The translations under genes and the position numbers were made by a program. Shown here in pieces: positions 9,836 through 22,859 of a stretch of 64,000 nucleotides of DNA. How positions within the stretch are numbered: position 1 is the stretch's first letter; each line of letters begins with the position of its first letter. Origin of the DNA: Felis catus (lineage: Eukaryota); NCBI RefSeq assembly GCF_018350175.1, contig NC_058368.1, forward strand, positions 140,990,001 to 141,054,000, in the 5' to 3' direction. Below the pieces are notes generated by a model. That model did no database searches. It was not told where the DNA came from and was given only the letters and a program-made list of their open reading frames with translations.

Positions 9836-11799
9836 AAAGTGGCTAGCATGAAATGAACAGAAGTTTTTTAGTCTGGTTTCAGAGGGAAAAAAGCTGAAAG
9901 AAAAGCAGATTTTTGTTATTTCATGGAAGAGGAGAGAGTAGTAGTGTACCACCCTCTGCTCTCTCCCAAAGGGAGTTTCATTTGAGTATCCACTATTTGG
10001 AAGGGATGGTAAGAAGTTAGTCTGTGGAAGATAATAAATTCACATGAATTACTTCAAACTGCATTTAAAGTTTTATTTGCAGTTCTCTGAAGTTCTAGTC
10101 TTCTAAAAACCTATCAGATTAAAATGCAGACTCTTCAGTATGACCCCCCTGAATACCAGTATAGAGAATAAGGGAGATCAAAACCTGGATGAGTAATTTG
10201 TGTAAATATGTGTGTATATGCATAAAAAACATGACTGGAACATTAAAAAATCATCCTATAAAACAAACTAATTTTTTTTATTTTGCACTTAAACCTGAAC
10301 ATAGGCAACATATTAGGCAGGCTAAAGGCCAAAGAACCAGGCAATGTTCTCAAAAGGGAATAACATGAATTATAGCTGTATTTGTCCTTCCACACCCAAG
10401 GCCAGTCACTTCAGATGGATTAATCTGGCAGGATTACAAACAAGTATGTGTAGGTTGAGCCTGGATTTTAGTAAGAAATTCACACTAATGCAAAATCCAC
10501 ACAGATTTGTGTGGAAACAATAAAAACATTTTCATTTACTTCATCCACCAGTAACTTTAATCAAAGCAGAACATAATAATTAAAACAAATAATTAGCCTT
10601 GACAATTGACCCAAATATCAAGAAAAACACAATTCATTCATCTGTTACTTGTCCATCTCTGTAGAAATATTAGTTTACTAATATTAACTAATGAATTAAT
10701 CTGTTTATAAACAAATTGAGACAATTAGAAAAACTAGTCTGGAATCACCAGGCTGAAGACTTTGATGAAGTTAAAAACCAAGTAAAGTGTAGATACTTGG
10801 CTCAGGCAAGAAAGGGATAAGTGTGAAAATATTAGATAAAGGTTACACATGGACTTTAAAAAAATTTACTGGACCCACAACTAATTATATGGAGAGTCAG
10901 AGATGTTCTCTACATGTCTTAAGCCAAACTCTTAGATACCTCTACCATTAGCTAAAAGGCTCTGATGTATTCTCTATTAATGCATTTGTTTAAATGAAAA
11001 TTTTCCACCCAAAGTGGACCTTTATTTCAGGCCTACATTACTTTAATACATATGTTCCTGAAAAGAAGGGTGTTGATCCATTTTGTCTTGTAAAATGCAT
11101 ACTTTGATATGAACTAGAAGAATTTAAAGCTGTCCTACTTTGAAGGCCTTTGTAACAAAGAATTTTTAATTGAGAATTTCCTTGTTTTGGCTCTTGGCCA
11201 TTTTACACATTGTTGTATACTTTTTATTGTCCTTTGCCTCAAGCTATTTTTGGCCAAAAAGGGTGTACAAATAATTAATGCGAAGTGCATAAAATAATTA
11301 CCCTAATTATGTTAATTTATTAAGCTCGCTCTACAACAGTTTCTCTTAAACACCCTATCCATGTAGTCTGGGCTAATTAGAAGTTCGGATGGTGGTTATT
11401 TTTTTCTTTCATGGAAGGAAAAATAATTTTGCTTGGTAAGCTTGGGGCATTTGGCTACTGTCAGTAGTTACAGCAAACTGCTCCTGTGTACTCAGAGAGG
11501 ATCAGAAAATTCTTTTGTTTGAGCATCATGGAAGTGGGGGCAGGGATTGTTTGAGCATTTGGCTCGCATTCCGTTTTCTCTTCTCCAAAATTTGAGACCT
11601 TAAGATAATCTCAGAGAAAGAGCACACTACAGGGCACCCAACCACTTGCACTGTTAAAAGTGTGACTGCAAAAAAGGCAATTTTACTAAAAAGGAGAGCA
11701 GATGATTTTCGATATTCCCAGATAACTTTTTTGAAGGGATACTGTGGAGGAACAAAAATGAGGTGCTAAAAGAAGCTGATCGGTGCCTTTATTCAGACT

Positions 11800-12250
11800 T
11801 TGGGGCCACACGCATCTTTTACACCGGGGACAACCTGACCACAGCGAAGGAAGGGCACGTCCGGCGGCCTCTGCACCAGACAGCCTGTGATAATAGAGGA
11901 CACTGGCGTTTGCGGGTCGAAGGCTCACCTGCGGCCCCGAGGCTTGTGGCTGGTCCCCTCCCCCCACCCCTGGCCTGCCGCGCCCTGACCCAGCCTCCGG
12001 GAGCGCCACAGCATGCGTGGTGGCGCACACTCACCCCATCACCCCCGAAGCGTGGCGGGAGCAGAAGGCGGGCTGGAAGTCTGGGATCGCCCGGTGGCCT
12101 CCAGGATCCTCGCAGACATTTTGTCCTGTGCGGAAACCACTGCGCGCGTCTCCCTTAAAGACACAGCGTTCAATTCACGCTTCTGGGGGTAAAAGTGGGG
12201 GTGGGGTGGTAACGTGTGGCCTATAGGGGAAAGGACGGGGGAGTCACTCC
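11800..12250. promoter_or_regulatory. CpG-rich promoter of ZBED3, probably bidirectional
   Basis: Local CpG/GC peak with GC boxes, GCATGCG and TGCGCGCG (NRF1-like) words, and a first-exon donor. Confidence 0.75.
11929..12050 (-). other. ZBED3: Predicted ZBED3 non-coding exon 1 (TSS approximate)
   Basis: Strong donor CAG|GTGAGC at 11928-11923(-), inside the CpG-rich patch. Confidence 0.65.
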
Positions 12251-12707
12251 TTAACTATCCAGGTCCACGAGAGACAGACTTGTGGTTGCCAAGGTTTAAA
12301 AATGATACAATTGTTTAGTGCTTTTAGAAAATGTAATTTTTATTTTATACTTTTACATTAACCTTCCAAGACCTGGATTCCTATCTTGAGTCTGAGTGCA
12401 GTTTGCATCTTTTCAGGTTCAAGGAGTCTGATGGTTCAAGTTTTTGCCAACTGAACCACGGTCTGGACAGATAAAGGTTGGGCTCGTTGGTGCTCTAAAA
12501 CTTAACAACGCTAGCTAGTGGTATCAGTCACCTTTTCATGGATTATGTTGAGGTAACAACCCCTACAACTCAGTGATTTACAATAACAAAGATTCATTTC
12601 TCAAGCAAATTATATCTGCTGCAGGTATCTTTGGCTCTATTCCACTAGTTTCATTCACTCCAGGCTCCAGGTTCAAAGATCAACTTTTTTGGGACACACT
12701 CACCTCA

Positions 12708-12908
12708 CCACGTGCTGGAATCAACTTTGAGGGAAGAGGAGTCCTGGTTTGTAGTGTTTGCTGTTTCCATGATGTAAATACTCACCTATGATGTAAAAAC
12801 CCACCATGGCCGATTTCAAGCTACTTTTAACAAGCTACTGTTAACAAGTTTAACAAGTGGCTTGCCAAATTTCTGGAAATGTTACAGTCAGCTCTTATAC
12901 ACCACTGG
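12708..12908 (+). mobile_element. MER63-like hAT-Blackjack element within MLT1-type LTR fragments (about 12510-13060)
   Basis: tgtaaatactc...ccaccatggccgatttcaagctac and terminus acaccactg. Flanks carry the MaLR word ggccaaagcaagtcatatgac. Confidence 0.65.
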
Positions 12909-13099
12909 TAGGTGCTGCTCTTAAAACTTAAAACACATTCTGTGCACCTCAGTTCTGCTCACATTTTATTGGCCAAAGCAAGTCATATGACAAAGCCTGT
13001 TGTCAGTGGGGCCAGAAAGTACACTCTCAAAAGGAAACCTTGCAAGTTATATGACAATGGGCAGAGATTGTATAATTCTCTTAAAAGGAGGACAGGAAA

Positions 13100-13338
13100 G
13101 GGGCGCCTGGGTGGTGCAGTCGGTTAAGCGTCCGACTTCAGCCAGGTCAGGATCTCGCGGTCCGTGAGTTCGAGCCCCGCGTCGGGCTCTGGGCTGATGG
13201 CTCAGAGCCTGGAGCCTGTTTCCGATTCTGTGTCTCCCTCTCTCTCTGCCCCTCCCCCGTTCATGCTCTGTCTCTCTCTGTCCCAAAAGTAAAATTAAAA
13301 AAAAAGTTGAAAAAAAGAAAAAAATTAAAAAAAAAAAA
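13100..13338 (+). mobile_element. Young SINEC_Fc with perfect 17-bp TSD
   Basis: CpG-intact body, long A tail. TSD aaaaggaggacaggaaa at 13083-13099 and 13339-13355. Confidence 0.97.
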
Positions 13339-13734
13339 AAAAGGAGGACAGGAAATTTTTGGTTACAATAATATAGTCCACTTATATGCTTTGCTTCAAG
13401 TAGTTTTTTTTCAACCTTATTTTTTCTATAAATTAGACATTTTTCTAAGTTTCAAAGCCTATTAATGAAATTTCTCCTTACCATTCCAAGAATGGTTTCA
13501 GAAGAAACTGGTTGGATGTCTTAAAAGGGATAATTTTGCAATGTGAAGATTAACTATCAGGTTAATGTTTTTCTGCTCAGAAGGATACTTAATGTTGTGG
13601 ATGTCTGCTTAAAAGAATAGTAACTAGTATAAATGAATCTGGTTAAGTCATCTCTTATTCATGGCTTAATTCATAAACAAAATTTTAAAGTTTATTGTTA
13701 TCTGGCAATCCTTTTAACAAGAGGCTTTATTTAT

Positions 13735-14153
13735 TAAAAAAAATTTTTTTAACGTTTATTCTTGACAGAGAGAGAGAGAGCATGAGTTGGGGAGGGGCAG
13801 AGAGCGAGGGAGACCCAGAATACAAACAGGCTCCAGGCTCTAAGCTGTCAGCACAGAGCCCGACACGGGGCCCGAACTCATGGACTGTGAGATCATGACC
13901 TGAGCTGAAGTCGGGCGCTCAACCAACTGAGCCACCCAGGCACCCCTATTTATTTATTTATTTTTAACGTTTATTTATTTTTGAGAGGCAGAACAGAGCG
14001 TGAGCTGGGTCAGAGAGAGAGGGAGACAGAATCCAAAGCAGGCTCCAGGCTCTGAGCTGTGAGCAGAGCTGACAGGGCTCAAACGCACTGACCATGAGAT
14101 CATGACCTGAGCTGAAGTCAGATGCTTAACCGACTGAGCCACCCTGGTGCCCC
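13735..14153 (-). mobile_element. Two head-to-tail Can-SINEs (13735-13946 and 13947-14153)
   Basis: Two heads. Outer TSD-like taacaa(g/c)aggctttatt. Confidence 0.92.
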
Positions 14154-14420
14154 TAACAACAGGCTTTATTACTTTGAGTACTTTAAAAATCATGTAATGA
14201 GGTACATGATATTTTCATTAGTTCATAGAATAGTTTTTACTAAGTGCTGGTTGTGAACAAAGCACTGTCCTAAACCCGAGTAGGAGTCTGGAAATTGGAG
14301 AGACCATTCCTGCCCTCAGGAAGATTATACTTCAGTAGGACAGTAAGACAAATTCAACTCCAAGAAGAAAGTGGAAAGTTATATAAGAGGAAACATTCAA
14401 GTGACACACCAATTTGAGAA

Positions 14421-14425
14421 CAGCT

Positions 14426-14458
<33 letters not shown>

Positions 14459-14465
14459 GGCAGCT

Positions 14466-14499
<34 letters not shown>

Positions 14500-14505
14500 G
14501 GCAGC
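14421..14505. repeat. Tandem duplication of cagctcc(T28-29)actgg
   Basis: Two adjacent 40/41-bp copies followed by cagc. Confidence 0.95.
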
Positions 14506-14819
14506 ATTTAACCAAAATTTGAAAAAGGGTAGGATTTGGACTCTTGAAATTACATGTTTGTTATCCTAGCAAGATGTGTTTTGGATTTGTTTTCAAAGTC
14601 CAGAGAAACAGAGTCTGTTTGTCTTCTGGGTTTGATTCAATGCCTAAACTTTCTTATAATCTAAAACCTCTTTCTTATAGTTTTAAATTAACTTTTAAAT
14701 AAATTATAAAATATTTCTCAAATACCTAATAACTCTTCTTCTTTGCCCCACACTTTTCAAGTTTCAGCAAGAAAAATGCTCTTCAATTCTTGTTTTGGTA
14801 GTGGCAGTTCATCACGCAT

Positions 14820-14848
14820 TTATTTTTTTTTTAAGTTTATTTATTTAT

Positions 14849-14883
<35 letters not shown>

Positions 14884-15055
14884 AAGAATATGAGTGGGGT
14901 AGGGACAGAGAAAGAGGGAGAGAGAATTCTAAGCAGGCTCCACACTGACACAGACAGAGACTGACGTGGGGCTTGAACTTTTGAACTGTGAGATCATGAC
15001 CTGAGCTGAAATCAAGAGTCAGATCCTTAACTGACTGAACCACCCAGGAGCCCCC
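14820..15055 (-). mobile_element. Can-SINE
   Basis: TSD-like catcacgcattta/catcatacattta and a (GA)n tract. Confidence 0.92.
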
Positions 15056-15339
15056 ATCATACATTTAACAATAAAAAAATAACATTTAGTTTTCATCAGA
15101 AGACCTCATTTCTCTCCCCTCCTCTGGAAGTTGGCAAAGCATTAAGACCTGCATTTCATTGGTAACATGGAATATTTACTCACCAGATGCTTGCCAAAGA
15201 TTATAGCCTTGAAATCTGCTGTCTGACCTTACCAAAAACCCATTGTGAGAAAACTATTTATGGAAATTACCTCAAAGACATAAAATTATAGAGCTGTGTA
15301 CTTGGACCATACTCTTTTGGTACATTCTATATGTGCTTT

Positions 15340-15995
15340 TGGTCTGTAGTTTCCTTGTGGCATTTTTGTCTGGTTTTGGTGTCAGAGTAATACTGGCCTC
15401 ATAAAATGAGTTGAAAAGTATTCTTTCCTCCTTTCTGGAAGAGTTTGCAAATAACTGGTGTTTGTTTGTTTGTTTGTTTCTTTGTTTGTTTTTAATGTTT
15501 GGTAGAATTCAACAGTGAAGCCATTTGGGCCTGGGCTTTATGAGTAGTTTTTTAATTACTAATTTAATTATTTCATTTGTTATAGGTCTATTCAGATCGT
15601 CTCTTCCTTCTTGTTTTCTTTTTTAAATTTTTTTAAAAATTTTATTTTAGTGAGAGAGTATGCCCAAGTGGGGGAGAGGGGCAGAGGGAGAGACAGAGAG
15701 AATTGTAAGCAGGCTTTACGCTCATCATGGAGCCCAACGTAGGGCCCAGTCCTTGACCCTGGGATCACGACCTGAGCCACAATAAAGAGTTGGACACTCA
15801 ACTGGTTGAGCCACCCAGGTGCCCCCATCTCTTCCTTCTTGAGTCAGTTTTGGTAGTTTGTATCTTTCTAGGAATTTGTCCATTTCATCCAAGGTGCCTA
15901 ATGTGTTGATGTACAGTTGTGCCTATTATTCCTTAATTAACTTTTATTTCTGCAAGGTTGATGGTAATGTCTCCTTTTTCATTTCTGATTCCTAG
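15340..15995 (-). mobile_element. Old L1 ORF2 fragment interrupted by a Can-SINE (15613-15825, -)
   Basis: ggtagaattcaacagtgaagccat, ctaggaatttgtccatttcatc. SINE TSD tctcttccttctt. Confidence 0.8.
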
Positions 15996-16267
15996 ATGTG
16001 CAGCTTGTAGGAAATAGCTGCATAAAATTTCTTATTGGGGCTAGTGTCATGATGTCATCCACATGTTGTCCATTGATTCCTACAGTGGTTTTTTTTTTTC
16101 TGTAGGATGTAGAGGAGACCATTCTCTGATCTCTCAGTGTCATAAAAAGCTGTGCATCCCCTGAGCAAATAGGACTGTTTAATCCTGTGGGCACTGTGGA
16201 TCATTCCACAAACTGTTTCCTTGCTTCAGCTGCTAGGAAGAGACTGAGTCAAATATGGGATGCCTAC

Positions 16268-16718
16268 TCTATTAGTTTTCTAGCGCTGCTGTAACAAAGT
16301 ACCACAAACTCATTGGCTTAAATAATTGGAATTTATTCTCTCATAGATCTGAAGGTTATAAGTCCGAAATCAAGGTGTCAGCAAGGCCATGGTCCCTCTA
16401 AAACCTGTAGAGAAAATCCTTCCGTGCTTCTTCCTAGCTTCTGGTGGTGGTGACCAGCCATCCTTGCTTTCTTTGCAGCTGTATCACTCTAGTCTCCACC
16501 TTTCTTGCACATGATCTCCTTTGTGTGTCTGTATGCAGGTTTCCTTCTTATAAAAACCCCAGTCATATTGGATTAAGCCCTATCTAATGACCTCACCTTA
16601 ACTTGATTACATCTGCAAACATTCTATTTCCAAATAATAACCCCAGGTTTGGTACCTGGACTTAAGACGTCACCATATCTTTTTCTAGGGGGAAGGATAC
16701 ACAATTCAACTTGTAACA
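16268..16718 (-). mobile_element. MLT1 (MaLR) solo LTR, MLT1B/C-like
   Basis: gctgctgtaacaaagtaccacaaact..., gtccgaaatcaaggtgtcagca, ...ttcaacttgtaaca. 5-bp TSD cctac. Confidence 0.88.
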
Positions 16719-17079
16719 CCTACCAGTTCCTGTGCTAATCTTTTATTTTCCTTTTGTCCTGATGCCCTGGAATACTTAGTTTTTTCTTAATTATATGCAT
16801 CTTGGCAGAATTTGAAGGAAAGAAGGCAGAAAGGAAGGAAAAAAGGAGGGAAGAAAAGAGAAAAAGGAAGGGAGGAAGAAAAGTTTGCCAAGAGAAATCA
16901 GACACGGAACTTGGAGAACAGAGTTGCTGGAATGGGGAATGGAATGGGGAAGACTGACTGGAAAAGTGTTCTCAGAATTACTCTTTTAGGAGGACTACAG
17001 CTTAGCTGACCTAGAGAAAAGTGGAAGGTAATTTGAAGAGCTGAGAATTGGGAGACAGGTATGATCTAGCTACCTTTAA

Positions 17080-17460
17080 AAAAGTATGTATTTACTTACT
17101 TCATTACTTATTTAATTCCAGTATAGTTAACATACAGGGTTATATTAGTTTCATGTGTACAGTACAGCAATTGGACAATTCTATACATTATTCATTGCTC
17201 ATCTGATAAGTGTACTCTTAATCTCCATCACCTATTTCACCCATCACTCCACCCACCTCCCCTCTGATGACCATCAGTTTGTTCTCTATAGTTAAGAGTC
17301 TGTTTTGGGTTTGTCTCTTTTCTTCTTTGTTCATTTGTTTTGCTTCTTGAGTTCCACATATGAGTGAAATCACATGGTATTTGTCTTTTTCTGACTTATT
17401 TCACTTAGCATTATACTCTCTAGCTCCATCCGTGTTGTTGCAAGTGTCAAGATTTCATTC
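17080..17460 (-). mobile_element. Carnivore L1 3' end, 5'-truncated
   Basis: L1_Carn-type 3'UTR. TSD tgatctagctac at 17062 and 17461. Confidence 0.88.
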
Positions 17461-19318
17461 TGATCTAGCTACTTTTTAATACCCATATTAATAGATATCA
17501 GGTTTTGTGGTGCTTGAAAGCATACACAGTATTGAGAACCCATGTATTCTAGTTATTGGGGACACAGACCCATAAATCATTGATTTAATGCATACAATTT
17601 ACCTTAGAGGACAGCATCTATCCCTACAGGATATTCCCTAAATGACATCTTAGCTGACCGTTTAATAGGTTGTTCTAATGGTATATCAGGCTAGTTGCTT
17701 CTGGATGTGTATATTTTATAGAATCAGCCAAAGATGCCAAATAAACCAACATTTCCTCTTTCATCTGTTCCTCATCTTAATCCATTACAGGTGAGAATCT
17801 TTCTCCTGCTGTTACAGCCCACCAAGAGTTATCATCACTCCCTTACAACCAGAAATGGGGTTCTTGTTACCATCAGGTGGGTAAACAACCCAGGTCCAGA
17901 ATCCCATCCTGAGGTTTGGAGGTTCTAAGCTTCTCCTTTCTGGGACCACTCTGGTACCTACTCTCTTAGCTTCGGTCCCCCCAAATGCAGTGACTGAGAC
18001 AAGAACTGAATGCAGGTGGTCTGAGAGGTGACCATGGGAAGTGAGGCCCCGGCAACAGGGAGAGTAAGAAAGAAATGCACACCAAGATGAAGAGGCTTAG
18101 TTTGTTAACTATAAATGTGTCTTTCAAATAATGTTTTCATTTTATACTTGGTATTACACTTGTAACAAAACTTATTCCCACATAGTAGACTATATTCAAT
18201 CCTCACCTCTAGGTTTTTTCAGACCCAACTTCTTCATTTTTTATGTCTATCATTTTCTGTCATCTAATGTTTAGAAAAAATGTTCACATAGATTTTATGC
18301 TTTTTTCATTGGTTGGCTTTTTGCTTGAAGATTTATGAAACTTTTAGATGTATCTTTGAACCTTTACATTTTCACTCTAATTACATATAAATGCACTTTT
18401 ATTTTTTGTTCGAAATATAATGAACTAAGCTTGAAGTTTGTCCTGAAGGAAGTTTTAAGCAAGAGCATTGATAGTGACATTTATATTTTAAGTATACCGC
18501 CTTGGGGAAGTAGTGGGACTGTGTTTGAAGAACACAAACTAGAGACCTGTAGGCCTGTTGGAGTATTGCAATATTGTGGACCAGAGCTGAGACCTTTTTA
18601 AGATTCACACTGTTCAGTATGCAGCAGAAAGTAATAACCAAGAGAACAGTTGGATGATGGCTTAGTAATAAGTAACCCCCCCCATCTCCCTGCTATCTTT
18701 TACCTGCCTCAGTGTCCTTGAAGAGACTGAGCTCCTGCTCAGACAGTAACACGCCTGTGTACTCACCTCTAGAAAGTAGTGCTTCCCAGGGGGCCTTTTC
18801 CAGGTCACTGGAATGAGAAGAAAGCACTGGTGGCGGCCCTTCCTATGGGAATTCTCAGAGAAGCATTAGACAAGGATTTCTATTTCTCAGAACTGTTAGG
18901 AAGAAACAGTACAAGGATTTATCTCAGAATTTCAATACCTTTGCAGAATCCATTGATTCCCTATCCTGTGTTCTGTTGTGGTCTATGTGCATCCATTCGC
19001 CATGGACCACTCCATGCCTCTGACTGTGGGAGGCTTGCAGGGCGCACTTGATAACATTTTACATTTTTCTTCTCTTAGGGCTGTAAAATTCCTCGTAAAG
19101 GCCCATGGTGCACTTTCTGGCCACTTCACTTGGCCCCAAAGTTGCAATTTCTGTGAACATACATACAGTTGAATGGACAAAATCAAACCTTGTTGCTGTG
19201 AGACGCACTGAGGAATGTTTACGTCTAAAGTCAGGACTACCTTTTTGTTTACTACCACATCTTGAAGGGAAGAAAGGGAGGCCAGGAAGAAAGAACACAC
19301 AAGAAAACACATGGAGAG

Positions 19319-19538
19319 AGGACACCTGGGTGGCTCACTCGGTTAGGCATCTGACTCTTAATTTCGGCTCAGGTCATGATCTCACAGTTGTGAGTCCGAG
19401 CCCCATATCGAGTTCTGTGCTGGCAGTACAGAGCCTGCTTGGGATTCTCTCTCCCCTCTCTCTCTGCCCTTACCTTACTTGATCTCTCTCTCTCTCAAAA
19501 GTAAATGTGTAAACTTAAAAAAAAGTGTTAAAAAAAAA
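19319..19538 (+). mobile_element. Can-SINE
   Basis: Head, CT tract and A tail. Confidence 0.9.
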
Positions 19539-20348
19539 GACAAGGAGATATGATGCAGCAGTGCAGGCCTTACTGTTCTTACACAGAGTCCTTAGCGAGG
19601 GTTATGCTTACAAAGTGACGTGTTGGGTGCTGCTCCATTGGCCACTTGCTCCAAATATTGGCGACAGCGGGGGAAAGTGGGGGTGTTGTGGACTGCTTGT
19701 TTAAAGCACCTGTGTGGCTGGTTAGTGTGAGCATCTAGAGGCTTATCTCACCACAACCCCAGGGGTCTGTGTCCCCAGCTGTGGTCAGAGTTGATGTGAC
19801 CTGACCTGGTGTCAGACATTCCTCACAAGTTTCAGAAGTTCTTACCAACTCCTTTTGCCAAAGAAGAAAGACAAACTTGCACAAAAGACCTGGTTGGGCT
19901 ATTTCTTGACATAATTATAAAGAATAGCAACAATAAGGATCCTTTGATTTTCTTTTGTGTCTGTTTTACAATAGGAGAAAAGGAAACCATTGCATGTATG
20001 GCTTGGGTCTGCAACCAGAGGTCTGATTAACAGGTCTAGGGTTTATCATACTATCCTCAGAAAGACAGGATCAGAATGCTGTGGCCTACTGGCTCTGGCT
20101 CTGGCTGCTTGGGAAGATCCAGCCTACCTCAATGTATGAATGATTTAGTTAATCCAGAACCTTCCTCCATGCCCAGCCAAACCTCATTCTCATTCCTCGA
20201 GTCACCACTCCTATGAAGACTTCTTAGACTATACCAGTTTATGGTGGATCTCGCTCATTTAAATTTCTCCTGTCCTCCAGGTTGGTATCATGCATGTACA
20301 CATTCGCATTGTATCTTAGAAGCTAGCCTTGCCTTCACAGCTCAAGTA

Positions 20349-20686
20349 TAGCTGACGCTTGCACGACACAGGGATTGGGGCATTGACCCCCTCCTGTGAA
20401 GTCAAAGTCTTCACATAAGTTTTGACTTCCCAAAAACTTAACTACTGATAGCTTACTGTAAATCAGAAGCCTCACCAATAACATAAGCAGTCAGTTGACA
20501 CATATTTTGTATGTTATATGTATTATATACTATATTCTTTCAATAAAGGAAACTAGAGAAAAAATATTATTAAGAAATCACAAGGAAGAGATGTACATTT
20601 ATAGTTCTGTGTTGGTAAAAAAAAAAAAAAAATCCACATATAAGTGGACCTGAGCAGTTCACACTGTGTTGTTCAAGGGTCAATCA
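20349..20686. mobile_element. Tigger3a-like TcMar DNA transposon
   Basis: Terminus tccacatataagtggacc...gttgttcaagggtcaa and internal tttgacttcccaaaaacttaactact. Confidence 0.8.
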
Positions 20687-20819
20687 TATGATGATCTTAG
20701 TGGCAGGAATCAGATCTCATGTTTTATACATTCTGTCCATAAAGCCTAGCACAGTGCTATAGAAATAGTAGGTTTCAGTAAACAGTTGGAGGAGTTGAAA
20801 ATTCAAAGCATAGACTATC

Positions 20820-21290
20820 CTACTTATATGAGGTACTCAGAGAAGTCGAACTCAAAGAGACAGAAAGTCGGGGTGTCTGGGTGGTTCATTCGGTTAAACA
20901 TCTGAATTTGGCTCAGGTCATGACCTCACAGTTCATGAGTTCGAGCCCTACATCAGGCTCTGTGCTGACAGCTCAGAGCCTGGAGCCTGCTTTGGATTCT
21001 GTGTCTCCCTGTCTCTCTGCCCCTCCCCCCATCATACTCTGTCTCTCTTTCTCTCTCAAAAAGAAATAAAACACAAAGTAAAATTAAAAAAAGACAAAGT
21101 AGAAGGGTGGCTGCCAGGAACTGGGAGGGCAGGAAAATGGGAGTTAATGTTCAATGGGCACAGAGTTTCAGTTTAGGAAGATGAAAAAGTTCTGCAGATG
21201 GTTGGTGGGTGAGCAACGTGGATGTACTTAATGCCACGAAAAGGGTTTAAAAGGGTTAATATGGTAAATATAACCACAATAGAAAAAATA
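20820..21290 (+). mobile_element. L1MB-like 3' end interrupted by a Can-SINE (20870-21092, +)
   Basis: cagagtttcagttt...gaagatgaaaaagttctg plus a SINE head and tail. Confidence 0.8.
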
Positions 21291-21999
21291 TTTCTAAAAG
21301 TCACATTCTATAGAAATCTGAGGCTCTTCCCTTGTTCTACTCTCAGCTGCCTTCCCTGGTAACCCTGTGCAGGGTCAATACTATGGGTGAACGAAATTAC
21401 CAGTTTGATGGGCTTGCTGGGTAGGCTCAAGGGACTGGGTTCAGCTCTCACTTGCCAGCTCCATGGATAAAAAAAAAAAAAAATGAGAACGTTTGTACCA
21501 GGCTTTTAGTTTAGATTTGTTTTTGTAATTTGTGCCTACACAAGAATGGTTAGGAGGAGTCCAAATCCAGACCAAGCAGTGTTACAGTTGCCCTCAAAGT
21601 AAGGGCAAAAAGCTAGTGATGATGTGAATATGGGCAAGTTACTTAGGACCTCAGCCAGAAACACAGCTGCCAGAAGCTCCTTTGCTCTCAGGCTCTTCAA
21701 GTGCGAAGAATCTTGGGACCCAGCTTGGCTGGCTTTCTCCCCTGTGTGGTCAGAGGGACGGGTTTGGCTGCTCTTACTTGACTCAGAGTGGGGGAGGGAG
21801 TTTTCCCAGTGAAGAGTTCTGTGTCCTGAAATAAAGGGGTGTTGGGCCAAGAGAAATAGCCACCCCACACTGAGCTTTGTGCTCTGGGCAAGGCAAAGAA
21901 AAATCAGCCAGGGGCCCTGCCCTCAAGTATCTTGTTCTTTAATCATTAATGACCTGTATGTCTGTTTTCAAAGAACAGTTGTTGTATGTTTCTTCTTTT

Positions 22000-22065
22000 C
22001 TTTTTTTTTTTAATTTTTTAAGTTTATTTATTTTGAGAGAGACAGAGAAGCATGAGTGGGGGGGG

Positions 22066-22126
<61 letters not shown>

Positions 22127-22252
22127 TCCCAAGCAGGCTTCCAGCAAGTGCAGAGCTCAACATGGGGCCCAATCCCATGAAACCGTGAGATGATGGCCTG
22201 AGATGAAACTGAGAGTCAGATGCTTAACCGACAGAGCCACCCAGGTGCCCCT
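22000..22252 (-). mobile_element. Can-SINE with long (GA)n microsatellite (about 22068-22121)
   Basis: TSD-like tgtttcttcttttc on both sides. Confidence 0.92.
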
Positions 22253-22859
22253 GTTTCTTCTTTTCAAAGGGAGTTGAACACTTTGATCTTAAGGGTTTTT
22301 AAGTCGGCATCTAAAATCATTTGACTTTGTTTAATAAGGGGGACTTACCAGGTTGTGGAAGTGAAAATGCTTCATGAAAAATGCTTGAAATGAACTCAAG
22401 GCCACATTAACATTTGATCTCCACCTCCAAACAGAAGCTATTTTTACATTCCTATTTACTAGTATGATATACTATAAACATTTTTCCCCATGACTCAATA
22501 AGATGGGATATTTTTCTCCTTTCTTCAGATAGTTCTCAATTTCATTGTGACACAGAGTTCCCATTTTCCCCCATAAATTGCATATTTATAGCACACAGGA
22601 ATAGCCGGAATGCCATGTCTCTCAAAAGTACTTCTGTATTTGAATTATAGAGAAAATGACTTGATACAATTCTGAACTTTGGGCACTCTTGATATAGCTG
22701 GAGCGGGGGAGAACAGGACTCCGTGTTCCAGGCCTGGGTCCTGTTTGTTCAGAAAACTGTCCTCTGAGCCTGCCCCCAACAGTGTGCACTTGGTGTAGGG
22801 TGATGAGGGGAGGGACCAGTGTAGGCAGTCGGAAGCAGAGCTCGTTCACAAGCAAAGTC

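Noticed and set aside
11686..12226. ORFs of 69-131 aa over the promoter
   Set aside because: Expected in CpG-rich DNA, mostly with non-ATG starts and no homology recognised.
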